In this document: piece by piece, positions 43,345 to 52,368 of the stretch
Numbering within the stretch: the first letter of the stretch is position 1
Layout of the letters: each line of letters opens with the position of its first letter
Source of the DNA: Acidobacteriota bacterium
GTDB taxonomy: Bacteria; Acidobacteriota; Terriglobia; Terriglobales; Acidobacteriaceae
Assembly: GCA_021810625.1 (NCBI GenBank)
Contig: JAJZIJ010000004.1
Coordinates: 9,569 to 73,568, forward strand
Length of the DNA stretch: 64,000 nucleotides
Direction: 5' to 3'
Program-made: the position numbers and the translations under genes
Notes under the pieces: generated by a model
Told to the model about the DNA's origin: nothing
Database searches by the model: none
Seen by the model: the letters and a program-made list of their open reading frames with translations, nothing else

Positions 43345-43852
43345 AACCGCGATAGTTGGCATAGCACAACGCAACTAACGGGACAGCAAGAATCGAGAGG
43401 TTAAGGATTCCAGTACACCATTCACTTGCATAGGCTTCAATGCAACGCCAGCGATCCCAATAAATCCAAATCGTTGCCAGTAATCCAAAACCAATCCCGA
43501 CCCCCACCCACGAGATGCCTGGAAAGATAGCATCGAGTCCTTTGGTAACGATAATTGCCAGCAATACAACCTGTAGAACAAAAGCAACAGCTACATGTAT
43601 CCATGCGTGGTATCCGCCGTGATCCATTTCTCGGTATTCGCCAGCCGAGTCTCCGATGACCGTGGGAATCCTGCGTGGCTTGGGGCGTGGGCGATGAGCA
43701 CCCCAGTTAAACTGCTTAACGGAAATATGACGGCGCAGCATCTCGGCTCTCAGAATCTTCCGCGCTTCAGGAGTGAGATCTTTTACATTGTCGGCGACCT
43801 GACGAAGTTCCGTTTCGGACATCTCCGCATAACGTTCAACCAGAGAGGCCAT
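43322..43852 (-). CDS. hypothetical membrane protein (cytosolic helical N-domain plus 3-4 TM)
   Basis: 176 aa. N-terminus is YAEMSETELRQVADNVKDLTPEARKILRAEMLRR, followed by hydrophobic helices. Confidence 0.5.
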   Translation of the reverse strand: MASLVERYAEMSETELRQVADNVKDLTPEARKILRAEMLRRHISVKQFNWGAHRPRPKPRRIPTVIGDSAGEYREMDHGGYHAWIHVAVAFVLQVVLLAIIVTKGLDAIFPGISWVGVGIGFGLLATIWIYWDRWRCIEAYASEWCTGILNLSILAVPLVALCYANYRGFRKLRRL

Positions 43853-43952
43853 CGCTCATTTCCCCTTTTTGCTGCTCCAGCGGGCTTTCGCGGCCTTGAC
43901 TGCAACCTTGCGGCGCTGTTTTCCTTGGTCATGGTCACGAGACGACAGGTGG

Positions 43953-43984
43953 CCCATTTAAGCCTTCTTTTGGCTTGAGTGGGG
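43953..43984. repeat. REP-B palindromic element
   Basis: CCCATTTAAGCC-TTCTTTT-GGCTTGAGTGGGG, preceded by GGTGG. Confidence 0.8.
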
Positions 43985-43998
43985 AAGAAGTTCCGGCT

Positions 43999-45234
43999 TT
44001 ATTGCGTGGCCGATTGGGCGGAGTGATCTGCAATCCACTTCTTCACCCGCGCTCGCGCCAGGGCAAGTTTGGCCGGGGTTAGGTGACTGGCCGCCTGATT
44101 CCGCCATTTGTTCACATCGGCCTGCGCGACCCGTTCAGGCTTGCCGGATGCCGCAAGGGCGTACCAGAAGTAGGCTTCTGCGTTGTCCTTTGGCACGCCG
44201 TGGCCGAACTGGTACGCATTGCCAAGGTATAACTGCGCGTCGGCATTGCCTTGATCGGCGGCCTTGCGGAACCAGGTCGCTCCCTGCGTATAATCCTGCG
44301 GCACGCCGTGGCCGAGGGCATACACCAGACCAAGGTTGTATTGCGCCACGGCATTGCCCTGATCGGCAGCTTTGCGATACCAGGCTATTGCCTGCGCAGG
44401 GTCCTTCGGCACGCCCTGGCCGAGGTCATAAGCCACGCCAAGGTTGTACTGCGCGTCGGCATTGCCCTGATCGGCAGCCTTGCGGTACCAGGTCACCGCC
44501 TGCGCAGAATCCTGCGGCACGCCGTGGCCGAGGGCATACGCCAACCCCAGGCTGTATTGCGCCACGGCACTGCCTTGATCGGCGGCTTTGCGGTACCAGA
44601 CCACGGCCTGCGCGGAATCCTGCGGCGCGCCGTGGCCGAGATCATAAGCCACGCCAAGGTTGTATTGCGCATCGGCATCGCCCTGCTCGGCAGCCTTGCG
44701 CCACCAGACTACGGCCTGGGCATCGTCCGGCGGCACGCCCTGGCTCCCCTGAACGTACAACGCGCCAAGACTGTCTTGCGCCTGAGCATCGCCCTGCTCG
44801 GCAGCTTTGCGCCACCAGACTACCGTTTGCGTGGCATCCTGCGGTACGCCGTGGCCCTGAAGGTATAGATTGCCAAGGCTGTATTGCGCATAGCTATCGC
44901 CTTGATCGGCAGCCTTGCGCCACCAGATTGCTGCCTGGGCATCGTCCGGCGGCATGCCCTGTCCCTGGTCATACATCCAGCCCAGGCCGGTTTGCGCCTT
45001 GACATTGCCTTGCTCGGCGGCCTTGCGATACCAGGCCGCAGCCTGCGCATAATCCTGCGGCACGCCGTGGCCCTGATAGTATGCCAGGCCAAGGCTGAAT
45101 TGCGCCCAGGCATCGCCCAGCCCGGCTTGTCTCTTGAGCGTGTCGATGTCGTTCTGGGCCATCGCCGCGAAGGCCAGACTCAGGACGACCAACGCAACGG
45201 AAAACATTTTTGCAACGAAGCGGGACGCGGGCAT
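43999..45234 (-). CDS. Sel1-repeat exported protein (about 10 repeats)
   Basis: 411 aa. Signal peptide, then about ten 36-aa units (AQYNLGVAYDLGHGVPQDSAQAVVWYRKAADQG). Confidence 0.9.
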   Translation of the reverse strand: MPASRFVAKMFSVALVVLSLAFAAMAQNDIDTLKRQAGLGDAWAQFSLGLAYYQGHGVPQDYAQAAAWYRKAAEQGNVKAQTGLGWMYDQGQGMPPDDAQAAIWWRKAADQGDSYAQYSLGNLYLQGHGVPQDATQTVVWWRKAAEQGDAQAQDSLGALYVQGSQGVPPDDAQAVVWWRKAAEQGDADAQYNLGVAYDLGHGAPQDSAQAVVWYRKAADQGSAVAQYSLGLAYALGHGVPQDSAQAVTWYRKAADQGNADAQYNLGVAYDLGQGVPKDPAQAIAWYRKAADQGNAVAQYNLGLVYALGHGVPQDYTQGATWFRKAADQGNADAQLYLGNAYQFGHGVPKDNAEAYFWYALAASGKPERVAQADVNKWRNQAASHLTPAKLALARARVKKWIADHSAQSATQ

Positions 45235-45354
45235 AATCCACCTCCAAAGGGTTTAAGGAAAGATCACAACTAAAATTACTGTGCCTGCAAGTCTACAACA
45301 ATGTGCCGCATCGGGTTTGGCCGCGCCATTCGTCGTATTCGTGGGAGGGGGTGT

Positions 45355-46389
45355 CTAGCCGCGTGGTTCGGCGTACTGCTCCACGCGACGCAGTAATTCC
45401 AGCTTGCGGGATGGGGGAAGGAAGCTGGCCTCAATGGAATTGCCAGCAAGCTCGCGCAGATGTTCCAGTGTCAGGCCAAAGCTGCGATGCGCCAGCAGAT
45501 ATTCCTCCTGCAAATTGCTGCCGAAGATCGCCGGATCGTCCGAGTTCAGCGTGACCATCAGGCCGCTGTCAAAGTATTGGCGCGCGGGATGCTCCTCCAA
45601 CCGCGTGCAGCAGCCAGTGCGCAGGTTGCTGGTGATGCAAATCTCCAAAGGAATCTGCTTTTTTGTCAGTACGTCTATTAACTCGGCATCGTGTTGTGCG
45701 CTCAGCGCGTGGCCCAGCCGCTCGGCTCCGATGTTGATGGCCGACCAGATGCTCTCCGCGCCGACGGCTTCTCCTGCATGAGCCGTTAGCCGTAGACCGT
45801 TGTCGCGTGCCTCACGATAGAGGTCGCGAAAAGCGTTCGCCCCGGTCTGGCGCTCATCGCCGCCGATGCCAATGGCCACAATGGAGGGATGATGGTTCCT
45901 CATCTCGGCAGCCTTGCGAAAGACGCGCGCGGCCTCCTCTGGGCCAAAGTGTCGCACCGCGTCGAAGACCCAGAGCAGCGAGATGCCAAACTCGCGCTCG
46001 CCGCGCTCGCGCCCGCGCTCCATGCCGACAAAGAGAGGCTCAAACTCCATCTTGCGCCAGTAGTACACCACGCCGACCGAGACATAAACCTCGGCATGAA
46101 CCACTCCTTGCTGATGCAGGTCGCGCAGCATGGCATAGGTGATTAGCTCGTAATCTTCCGGTGTGCGCAGTCGCTCGGTCACGGCTTTGAAGGCCATCAG
46201 AAATCCGGTGAAGTCGGCGTACTGATATAGCGCCTGCGCGGTTTCCAAAGTGAGCGGATGGGCATCGTGACGTTGACTCAGCGTCACCAGAGTTTCCGGG
46301 GCAATCGTGCCCTCCAGATGCAGATGCAGCTCGGCCTTGGGAAGGTTACGAATCCAGGCGACCACGTCAATCTGTTTTTTTTCTGGCAT
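45355..46389 (-). CDS. add: adenosine deaminase
   Basis: LPKAELHLHLEGT, TAHAGE and SLNSDDPA-type (TLNSDDPAIF) motifs. Start at MPEKKQ. Confidence 0.9.
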   Translation of the reverse strand: MPEKKQIDVVAWIRNLPKAELHLHLEGTIAPETLVTLSQRHDAHPLTLETAQALYQYADFTGFLMAFKAVTERLRTPEDYELITYAMLRDLHQQGVVHAEVYVSVGVVYYWRKMEFEPLFVGMERGRERGEREFGISLLWVFDAVRHFGPEEAARVFRKAAEMRNHHPSIVAIGIGGDERQTGANAFRDLYREARDNGLRLTAHAGEAVGAESIWSAINIGAERLGHALSAQHDAELIDVLTKKQIPLEICITSNLRTGCCTRLEEHPARQYFDSGLMVTLNSDDPAIFGSNLQEEYLLAHRSFGLTLEHLRELAGNSIEASFLPPSRKLELLRRVEQYAEPRG

Positions 46390-46397
46390 CCGCAAGC

Positions 46398-47972
46398 CTA
46401 TTGAGCGCGTGGTGAAAATTCGCTGCGATGACGACTGTAAAAATAATAGATCGCCAATCCGATGGCCAGCCAGACGAAGAAACGAATCCAGGTAAGCATC
46501 GGCAATCCCATCATCAGCAATATGCAAAAGCATACGCTGAGCAGCGGAAAAATGGGGCCACCGGGACAACGAAAGGCGCGTGGGCGATCCGGGTCTTTAT
46601 AGCGCAGGATGAGAACTCCAAGGGAGACCAGCACAAACGCGAAGAGCGTGCCAATGTTCGACAGATCGGCAAAGGTGCCAATGTCGAGCAACCCGGCGGG
46701 CAATGCGACGACAAGGCCCGCTGTCCAGGTGGCTGCCGCAGGCGTGCGAAAACGCGGATGCACGCGGCTGAAGATGGAAGGCAGCAGACGATCCCGCGAC
46801 ATGGCGAACCAGACGCGGGTCTGGCCAATCTGAAACACCAGAATGGAGGAGACCATGCCCACCAACGCGCCCAGCAACACCGCCAGATGCGTCCAGTGCA
46901 GCAGCTTGCTGCCGTTGTGCAGGTAGAGCCGATGCAGCGTGTTCACCACGGGAGCGGCATCGTCCATAAACAGCGGCCAGTGGATGATTCCGGTGAGCAC
47001 CACGGCGACGCCGACGTACAGCACGGTGCAAACGACCAGCGTGGCCAGAATTCCAATGGGTACGTCGCGCTGCGGATTTTTGCATTCCTCCGCTGCGGTG
47101 GAAACGGAGTCGAAGCCGATGTAGGTGAAGAAAATAATCGACCCGCCAGTCAGCACGCCCGACCATCCGTTGGGAGCGTAGGGATGCCAGTTCGATGAGT
47201 GAATGAAATGCGATCCAACCAGCACGAACAACAGAATCGCGCCGATCTTGAGCAGCACCATGATGTTGTTGGTCTCGGCGGACTCGCGAATGCCGCGCAC
47301 CAGAACAACCGTCAGCAGCAGCACAATAAAAAATGCGGGAAGATTGAAGCCGAAGTGCCATCCCGGCGCATAGAGCGCGTGCCCTTGCAAATCCTGTAGG
47401 CCGCTCGGCAGATACGCCGGAGAAATCCAACGCAGCGCTGGATGCAGGCCCAGCCAGTCCATCAGATCGACAACATGCGCGGCAAAGCCCACGCTGACGG
47501 CCATGTTGGAGAAGGCATATTCCAGAATCAAATCCCAGCCGATGATCCAGGCGATCAACTCGCCCATCGTGGCGTAGGTGTAGGTGTACGCGCTGCCCGC
47601 GATGGGAATCATGGAGGCCATTTCTGCGTAGCACAGCCCGGTGAAGGCGCACACAAAAGCCACCAGCACCAGCGAGACTGCCAATGCTGGGCCGGCTCCG
47701 GGACGACCCAGCAGCGCCGTGTGATGCACGAGGAAATCGAGCATCGGCGTGTTCAAAACGGATGGCGCGGAGAAGTGCTGCCCTGCGATGGCCGTGCCGA
47801 TCACGGTAAAGATGCCCGACCCGATGACCGCGCCAACGCCAAGCGCCGTCAGCGAGACCGGGCCGAGCGTCTTCCGCAGGCGATGGTCGGGATGCTCCGA
47901 TTGGGAGATCAGCGCGTCGATGGATTTGGTGGCGAAAATCTGCTTGGGCAGAACACCGTCTCCTGTTGACAC
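46398..47972 (-). CDS. APC-superfamily amino acid permease (cationic amino acid transporter type)
   Basis: 524 aa with about 12-14 TM. GVGAVIGSGIF and FTGLCYAEMASMIP motifs. Confidence 0.9.
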   Translation of the reverse strand: MSTGDGVLPKQIFATKSIDALISQSEHPDHRLRKTLGPVSLTALGVGAVIGSGIFTVIGTAIAGQHFSAPSVLNTPMLDFLVHHTALLGRPGAGPALAVSLVLVAFVCAFTGLCYAEMASMIPIAGSAYTYTYATMGELIAWIIGWDLILEYAFSNMAVSVGFAAHVVDLMDWLGLHPALRWISPAYLPSGLQDLQGHALYAPGWHFGFNLPAFFIVLLLTVVLVRGIRESAETNNIMVLLKIGAILLFVLVGSHFIHSSNWHPYAPNGWSGVLTGGSIIFFTYIGFDSVSTAAEECKNPQRDVPIGILATLVVCTVLYVGVAVVLTGIIHWPLFMDDAAPVVNTLHRLYLHNGSKLLHWTHLAVLLGALVGMVSSILVFQIGQTRVWFAMSRDRLLPSIFSRVHPRFRTPAAATWTAGLVVALPAGLLDIGTFADLSNIGTLFAFVLVSLGVLILRYKDPDRPRAFRCPGGPIFPLLSVCFCILLMMGLPMLTWIRFFVWLAIGLAIYYFYSRHRSEFSPRAQ

Positions 47973-48037
47973 AATGGAAGCCAGAAATGAGTCACTCTGG
48001 ATTCTTCGCTCCTGCTGGTTACGCCAACAAAATTTTG

Positions 48038-48193
48038 CTAGCGTTTGCCCAATGCGCGCGCGGCCTTCTTCACCTTGGCTTTGTTGGAGCCGCGTGGTTC
48101 GGTGCGCTTTGCTTTGGGAGCAGCCTTTTTCCGGGCTGCGCGTTTTACCTGTTTGCGTTCTGCTTTATTTTCGATTTTCTTTGTATTTGCCAT
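48038..48193 (-). CDS. small highly basic protein (51 aa), below the ORF-track cutoff
   Basis: Hand translation: MANTKKIENKAERKQVKRAARKKAAPKAKRTEPRGSNKAKVKKAARALGKR*. AAGGA lies 3 nt upstream. Located between uvrD and the permease gene on the same strand. Confidence 0.4.
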   Translation of the reverse strand: MANTKKIENKAERKQVKRAARKKAAPKAKRTEPRGSNKAKVKKAARALGKR

Positions 48194-48296
48194 AATCCTT
48201 TTCGTTTCCTATTGCGCGTATGCGTGAGCATTGCCGCGCATTCTGTAAATATCGACGTGGTTTGCAGCGTGGCGATTTGCATGGCGGAAGGCGCGG

Positions 48297-50984
48297 TTAC
48301 ACGCGCTCCAGTTGCGCAAATTTCTCCACCAGCTTTTTTATGCCGAATCTCTGAAATTGTACCGTAATCTTTGCATTCTCTCCGTCGCCCTCGCGATGGA
48401 AGACGGTTCCTTCTCCATATTTCGGATGGCGAACGCGCTGGCCATTGCGAAATCCTGTGCTGCCAGCGGCCTCTGGCGCGGGGAGTTTGGATCGCGCGCT
48501 CTTCTCTCCACGAGCGCCGAAAAACTGCGCAATGTTGTCGATGGAGTTGCCGCCCGATGCTGCCGCATTCTGCGCCGCAGGCTTGTTCGATCTTCGCGTG
48601 GCGTTGGAGCCGGAGGGTCGCGCGCTCTGATCTTCATCCTCGTAATTCCAATGCGGCTTCGTCGCTGCGCCCGCATCTGCGCTGTCGCGCTGCCTACGGC
48701 TGTAGCCGCTGTGGTGGCCGCCTCCATAACCGCCCGGATTGCTGGTCGGTTGTGTACTCACGCTCAGGTCTTCGATCAAATGCTGCGGAATCTCCGCCAG
48801 GAAGCGCGATGGAGTCGAGTGCTCCGGCATTTCGTTTCCATAGCGACGACGAAAACGGGCGCGTGTCAGAAGCAGGGAATCCATCGCGCGCGTCATGCCC
48901 ACGTAGCAAAGGCGGCGCTCCTCTTCCAGCCCGTTGGTGTCGTTAAAAGTGCGCGAGTGCGGGAAAAGACCCTCCTCCATTCCGGTTAAAAAGACCAGCG
49001 GAAACTCCAGTCCCTTGGCTGCGTGCAGCGTCATCAGCGTTACGCGCGCCTCCGGGTTGTACTGGTCGGTGTCGCTGACCAGCGCGGCGTGATCCAGAAA
49101 TTCCGTCAGCGTTTCGCCACGCTCCTGCGCGTCCTGCGCGGCGTTGACTAATTCGCGTAAATTTTCGATGCGCGAGGTCGCCTCCGGCGTGGCCTCTTCT
49201 TCCAGCGCTCGTATATAGCCGCTGCGGTCGATGAGGAACTTGATCAACTCCGGCAGTGTGGCGGCATCGCCGGGTTGTCGAAAGGCTGGCTTCTCGGTAT
49301 CGGCAGGCGCGTCGTCCGATGGCTTGGTTGGAGAATTTCGTCCTGCGGATTGCTTGGCCGCGAAGGGAGAAAGTTGGGCGGGAGAAAATTCCGCAGGAGA
49401 AAATGTTGTTGCCGAGACGTCTTCCGTCGTGCCCATGCTGCCAAAGTCGAAGCTGACGTCCGCGCTCGCGCTCGCTTCGGAGGTAGCTTCTGGTGCAGCC
49501 TCGGCAGCAATGTCGCCCGCCAGCTTGTCGGCAAATCCCGGCCCCAGCAGCGCGCGCGCATCTTCGATCATGCGACGAAATCCATCCAGCGCCAGCAGCG
49601 TGCGCGTTGGGAGCAGACGCTCGCGGATCGCCGCATGAATGGCGGCCCAGGTGCTCGTCCCGGTCTCCAGCGCCAGCCGCTCCAGCGTCTCCACCGTAGT
49701 TTTTCCAATGCCGCGTGTTGGAGTGTTGATGGTGCGTTGCAGCGCGACGGAATCGTTCGTATTTTGCACCAGCTTCAGGTAGCTCAGCAGGTCTTTGATC
49801 TCGGCGCGGTCGTAAAACGAAAATCCTCCCACCATTGAGTAGGCAATTCCGTAGCGACGCAAACCCTCTTCCACCAGGCGCGATTGCGAGTTGGTTCGAT
49901 AGAGTACGGCGATGCGCGGAAGTTCCTCGGCGTTTCCGGTTTCGCGAATATATTTCTGAATGGTGTCGGCGATAAAAAGCGCCTCGCCTTCGCCGTCCAG
50001 CGCCTCATAGTAGCCGACCTGCGCGCCGCCGGGGCGCGTCGTCCAAAGAGATTTTCCTTTGCGCTGAAGATTGTTCGCAACCACGCCCGCTGCCGCTTCC
50101 AGAATCACTTGCGTCGAGCGATAATTCTGCTCCAGTCGGATGATGTTGCTCTGCGGAAAGTCCTTCTCAAACTCCAAAATGTTGCGGATGTCGGCTCCGC
50201 GCCAGGAGTAGATGCTCTGATCCTCGTCGCCGACGACGCAGACATTTTTTCCTTCTCCGGCCAGCAGCTTCATCAACTCATATTGCGGGCGGTTGGTGTC
50301 CTGATACTCGTCGATCAGCAAATAACGATAGCGTCGATTGTAAGCCGCGCGTACCTCGGCGCTGACGCTCAACAGGCGAACGCCCTCCAGCAGCAGATCG
50401 TCAAAATCCAGCGCGTTGGCGCGCTCCAACTCCTTGGAATACTGCTCGTAGATGTGCGCGATGCGCTCGGTTTTTGGGTCTGCCGATTGCAGATACATCT
50501 CCTGCGGATCAAGCATGTGATTCTTCGCCCAGGAGATGCGCGAGAGCACCTGTCGCGGCGGTAGTTGCTTGTCGTCCAGCCCCATGCGCTTCATCGCCTG
50601 CTTGATGATGGCCTGCTGATCGTTCTCGTCGTAGATGACAAAATCGCGCGTTCGTCCGCGACCGTTCACGCGCAGCGCTTCGATGTCGCGCCGCAGCAGG
50701 CGCACGCAAAAGGAGTGGAACGTAGCCATCATCGGTCGCGCCAGACTGCCATGCTCCAGCAACCGCTCGACGCGCTCGGCCATTTCTTTTGAGGCTTTAT
50801 TGGTGAAGGTAACGGCGAGGATGGAATCCGGCGCAACACCGCGCTCCTGAATCAGATAGGCAATGCGATAGGTGATGACGCGCGTCTTCCCAGAGCCGGC
50901 GCCTGCCAGAATCAACAGCGGGCCATCAACGGTTTCCACGGCAGCTCGCTGCTGCGGATTTAATTTGTCAAGGGGCAGTGCCAT
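48297..50984 (-). CDS. ATP-dependent DNA helicase UvrD/PcrA family
   Basis: 895 aa. SF1 motifs (AGAGSGKT, LLIDEYQDTN, VGDEDQSIYSWRGA, YRS, TLHAAKGLEF, LCYVGMTRA) and a C-terminal Tudor-like GQRVRHPKYGEGTV. Confidence 0.93.
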   Translation of the reverse strand: MALPLDKLNPQQRAAVETVDGPLLILAGAGSGKTRVITYRIAYLIQERGVAPDSILAVTFTNKASKEMAERVERLLEHGSLARPMMATFHSFCVRLLRRDIEALRVNGRGRTRDFVIYDENDQQAIIKQAMKRMGLDDKQLPPRQVLSRISWAKNHMLDPQEMYLQSADPKTERIAHIYEQYSKELERANALDFDDLLLEGVRLLSVSAEVRAAYNRRYRYLLIDEYQDTNRPQYELMKLLAGEGKNVCVVGDEDQSIYSWRGADIRNILEFEKDFPQSNIIRLEQNYRSTQVILEAAAGVVANNLQRKGKSLWTTRPGGAQVGYYEALDGEGEALFIADTIQKYIRETGNAEELPRIAVLYRTNSQSRLVEEGLRRYGIAYSMVGGFSFYDRAEIKDLLSYLKLVQNTNDSVALQRTINTPTRGIGKTTVETLERLALETGTSTWAAIHAAIRERLLPTRTLLALDGFRRMIEDARALLGPGFADKLAGDIAAEAAPEATSEASASADVSFDFGSMGTTEDVSATTFSPAEFSPAQLSPFAAKQSAGRNSPTKPSDDAPADTEKPAFRQPGDAATLPELIKFLIDRSGYIRALEEEATPEATSRIENLRELVNAAQDAQERGETLTEFLDHAALVSDTDQYNPEARVTLMTLHAAKGLEFPLVFLTGMEEGLFPHSRTFNDTNGLEEERRLCYVGMTRAMDSLLLTRARFRRRYGNEMPEHSTPSRFLAEIPQHLIEDLSVSTQPTSNPGGYGGGHHSGYSRRQRDSADAGAATKPHWNYEDEDQSARPSGSNATRRSNKPAAQNAAASGGNSIDNIAQFFGARGEKSARSKLPAPEAAGSTGFRNGQRVRHPKYGEGTVFHREGDGENAKITVQFQRFGIKKLVEKFAQLERV

Positions 50985-51075
50985 GCAGCGAAAAAACTCC
51001 CTCCCCGCACGCAGTTTTCCGCGCCGGGCCTACCCCTTCAGTGTACCGGGTATGTTTCGACACACTGTAGCATTC

Positions 51076-51158
51076 GGGTGCCCCATGTCTCGTTTTTGAG
51101 ACATGGGAATCACAAGACCCGCCCACTCAAGCCAGAAGCGGGCTTGAATGGGGCACCT
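51076..51158. repeat. compound REP-B element: outer stem enclosing two hairpins
   Basis: GGGTGCCCC...GGGGCACC form an outer stem. Inner hairpins are CCCATGTCTC-GTTTTT-GAGACATGGG and CCCACTCAAGCC-AGAAGCG-GGCTTGAATGGG. Confidence 0.85.
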
Positions 51159-51185
51159 GGCGACGTATTACTCTGAACCGTTCGG

Positions 51186-52121
51186 CTAACTCAGAGCGCC
51201 GAAAGATGCCATGAATTCAGAAATCGCTCCATCAAGTCTTTCAATTACATATTTTTCATCGGATGTATAGTAAATGCCTTTGAGTCGAAAGCGCATGTAC
51301 CTATAAACAGCACTGAAGAACCCGAATCGAAATAACCGCTTTCTTGCATTTCGCACTGCGGAATGAAGCTTCTTATCTGCCTGATTAAAGTTTGACTCAG
51401 CTAGTTCCAAGAGTCTGACATTCGCCTGTACGTCAGTTTGAATAGACGTGTTTTTTTCATTGGCAAGTCGAAATTGATCACAGAGGCGATTTATTTCATT
51501 TGCTTTTTTATGAGCCATCACGCTAGATGTCGCAATGCAAACCACGACGCCTGCCGCTGGTAGAAGAATATGGCCGATTGCCATACCACCGCCGCCTGTG
51601 GCGAGTGACCCGCCGCCGAATTGGGCCCAACCTGCATTGCTCGCGGCAATGCCATGTAATCCTGCTATGGACGCGCCTGTAGAAGCAGTTCCTGCGAACT
51701 GCACCCCCTGCCATGCTGTTATCGCAGCCAAGGTTCCGGCTCCGCATCCGGTGGCGATTATCCTATCTAGTTGCTTGTTGGATATATGTTGGTTGTTCTT
51801 GCGGATAGGTGGGGCCAATAGTCCCGGACGAAGTGACGAGGAGGGTAGGGACTGAGATGTCGAAAGGGTTCCCATACATGTTGGAAAGAGAATTCTTCGA
51901 GCTCGCCTAAGGTTGCGCTTCGTACGGGCAAATTTAGATCGTAGACGAGAAATGCTGGCACGAATTTTTACATTTCCCATCTCGATTCGTGAAAGAAGCG
52001 TCGCATAGCGATTCTGCTCTAATTGCAGATTAGCTTTCGCTGCCTCAACGCGAGAAGCGCCGCCAAATGTAACGACATTTTGTACACCCTTCCAAAATCC
52101 CATAGGCAACGTATACAACAT
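51186..52121 (-). CDS. hypothetical protein: coiled-coil N-region, Gly/Ala-rich hydrophobic (glycine-zipper-like) core, helical C-region
   Basis: 311 aa. Core sequence ATGCGAGTLAAITAWQGVQFAGTASTGASIAGLHGIAASNAGWAQFGGGSLATGGGGMAIGHILLPAAGVVVCIA. A 60-nt line counted 24/60 GC. No family recognised. Confidence 0.45.
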   Translation of the reverse strand: MLYTLPMGFWKGVQNVVTFGGASRVEAAKANLQLEQNRYATLLSRIEMGNVKIRASISRLRSKFARTKRNLRRARRILFPTCMGTLSTSQSLPSSSLRPGLLAPPIRKNNQHISNKQLDRIIATGCGAGTLAAITAWQGVQFAGTASTGASIAGLHGIAASNAGWAQFGGGSLATGGGGMAIGHILLPAAGVVVCIATSSVMAHKKANEINRLCDQFRLANEKNTSIQTDVQANVRLLELAESNFNQADKKLHSAVRNARKRLFRFGFFSAVYRYMRFRLKGIYYTSDEKYVIERLDGAISEFMASFGALS

Positions 52122-52252
52122 AAAACGCTAAGATTCAAAAATAACTGTTGGCGGGTGCCCCTCGATAAGGACGAAGGCAATGTCAAGGCACAGTTTTGCT
52201 GTGCGCTGCGGCTGCATCGCTATCGTAGCTAGAGAGGTTGAGGATCAGAGCC

Positions 52253-52290
52253 GGGTGCCCCATTCAAGCCGGTGTTTGGCTTGAGTGGGG
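52253..52290. repeat. REP-B palindromic element
   Basis: GGGTGCCCCATTCAAGCC-GGTGTTT-GGCTTGAGTGGGG, followed by a TCGAAGAATCCAGAGAATC module also seen near 38101. Confidence 0.85.
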
Positions 52291-52368
52291 TCGAAGAATC
52301 CAGAGAATCTCCGCGCTGCACTTTCGCCGCTTGGACGGCGAGTCCTCCCGCGTTATTCTTAAAGATAC

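Noticed and set aside
44148-45002. 284-aa and 205-aa plus-strand ORFs
   Set aside because: They are antisense or out-of-frame products of the 108-bp periodic Sel1 repeats. The minus-strand Sel1 reading frame has the canonical repeat signature.
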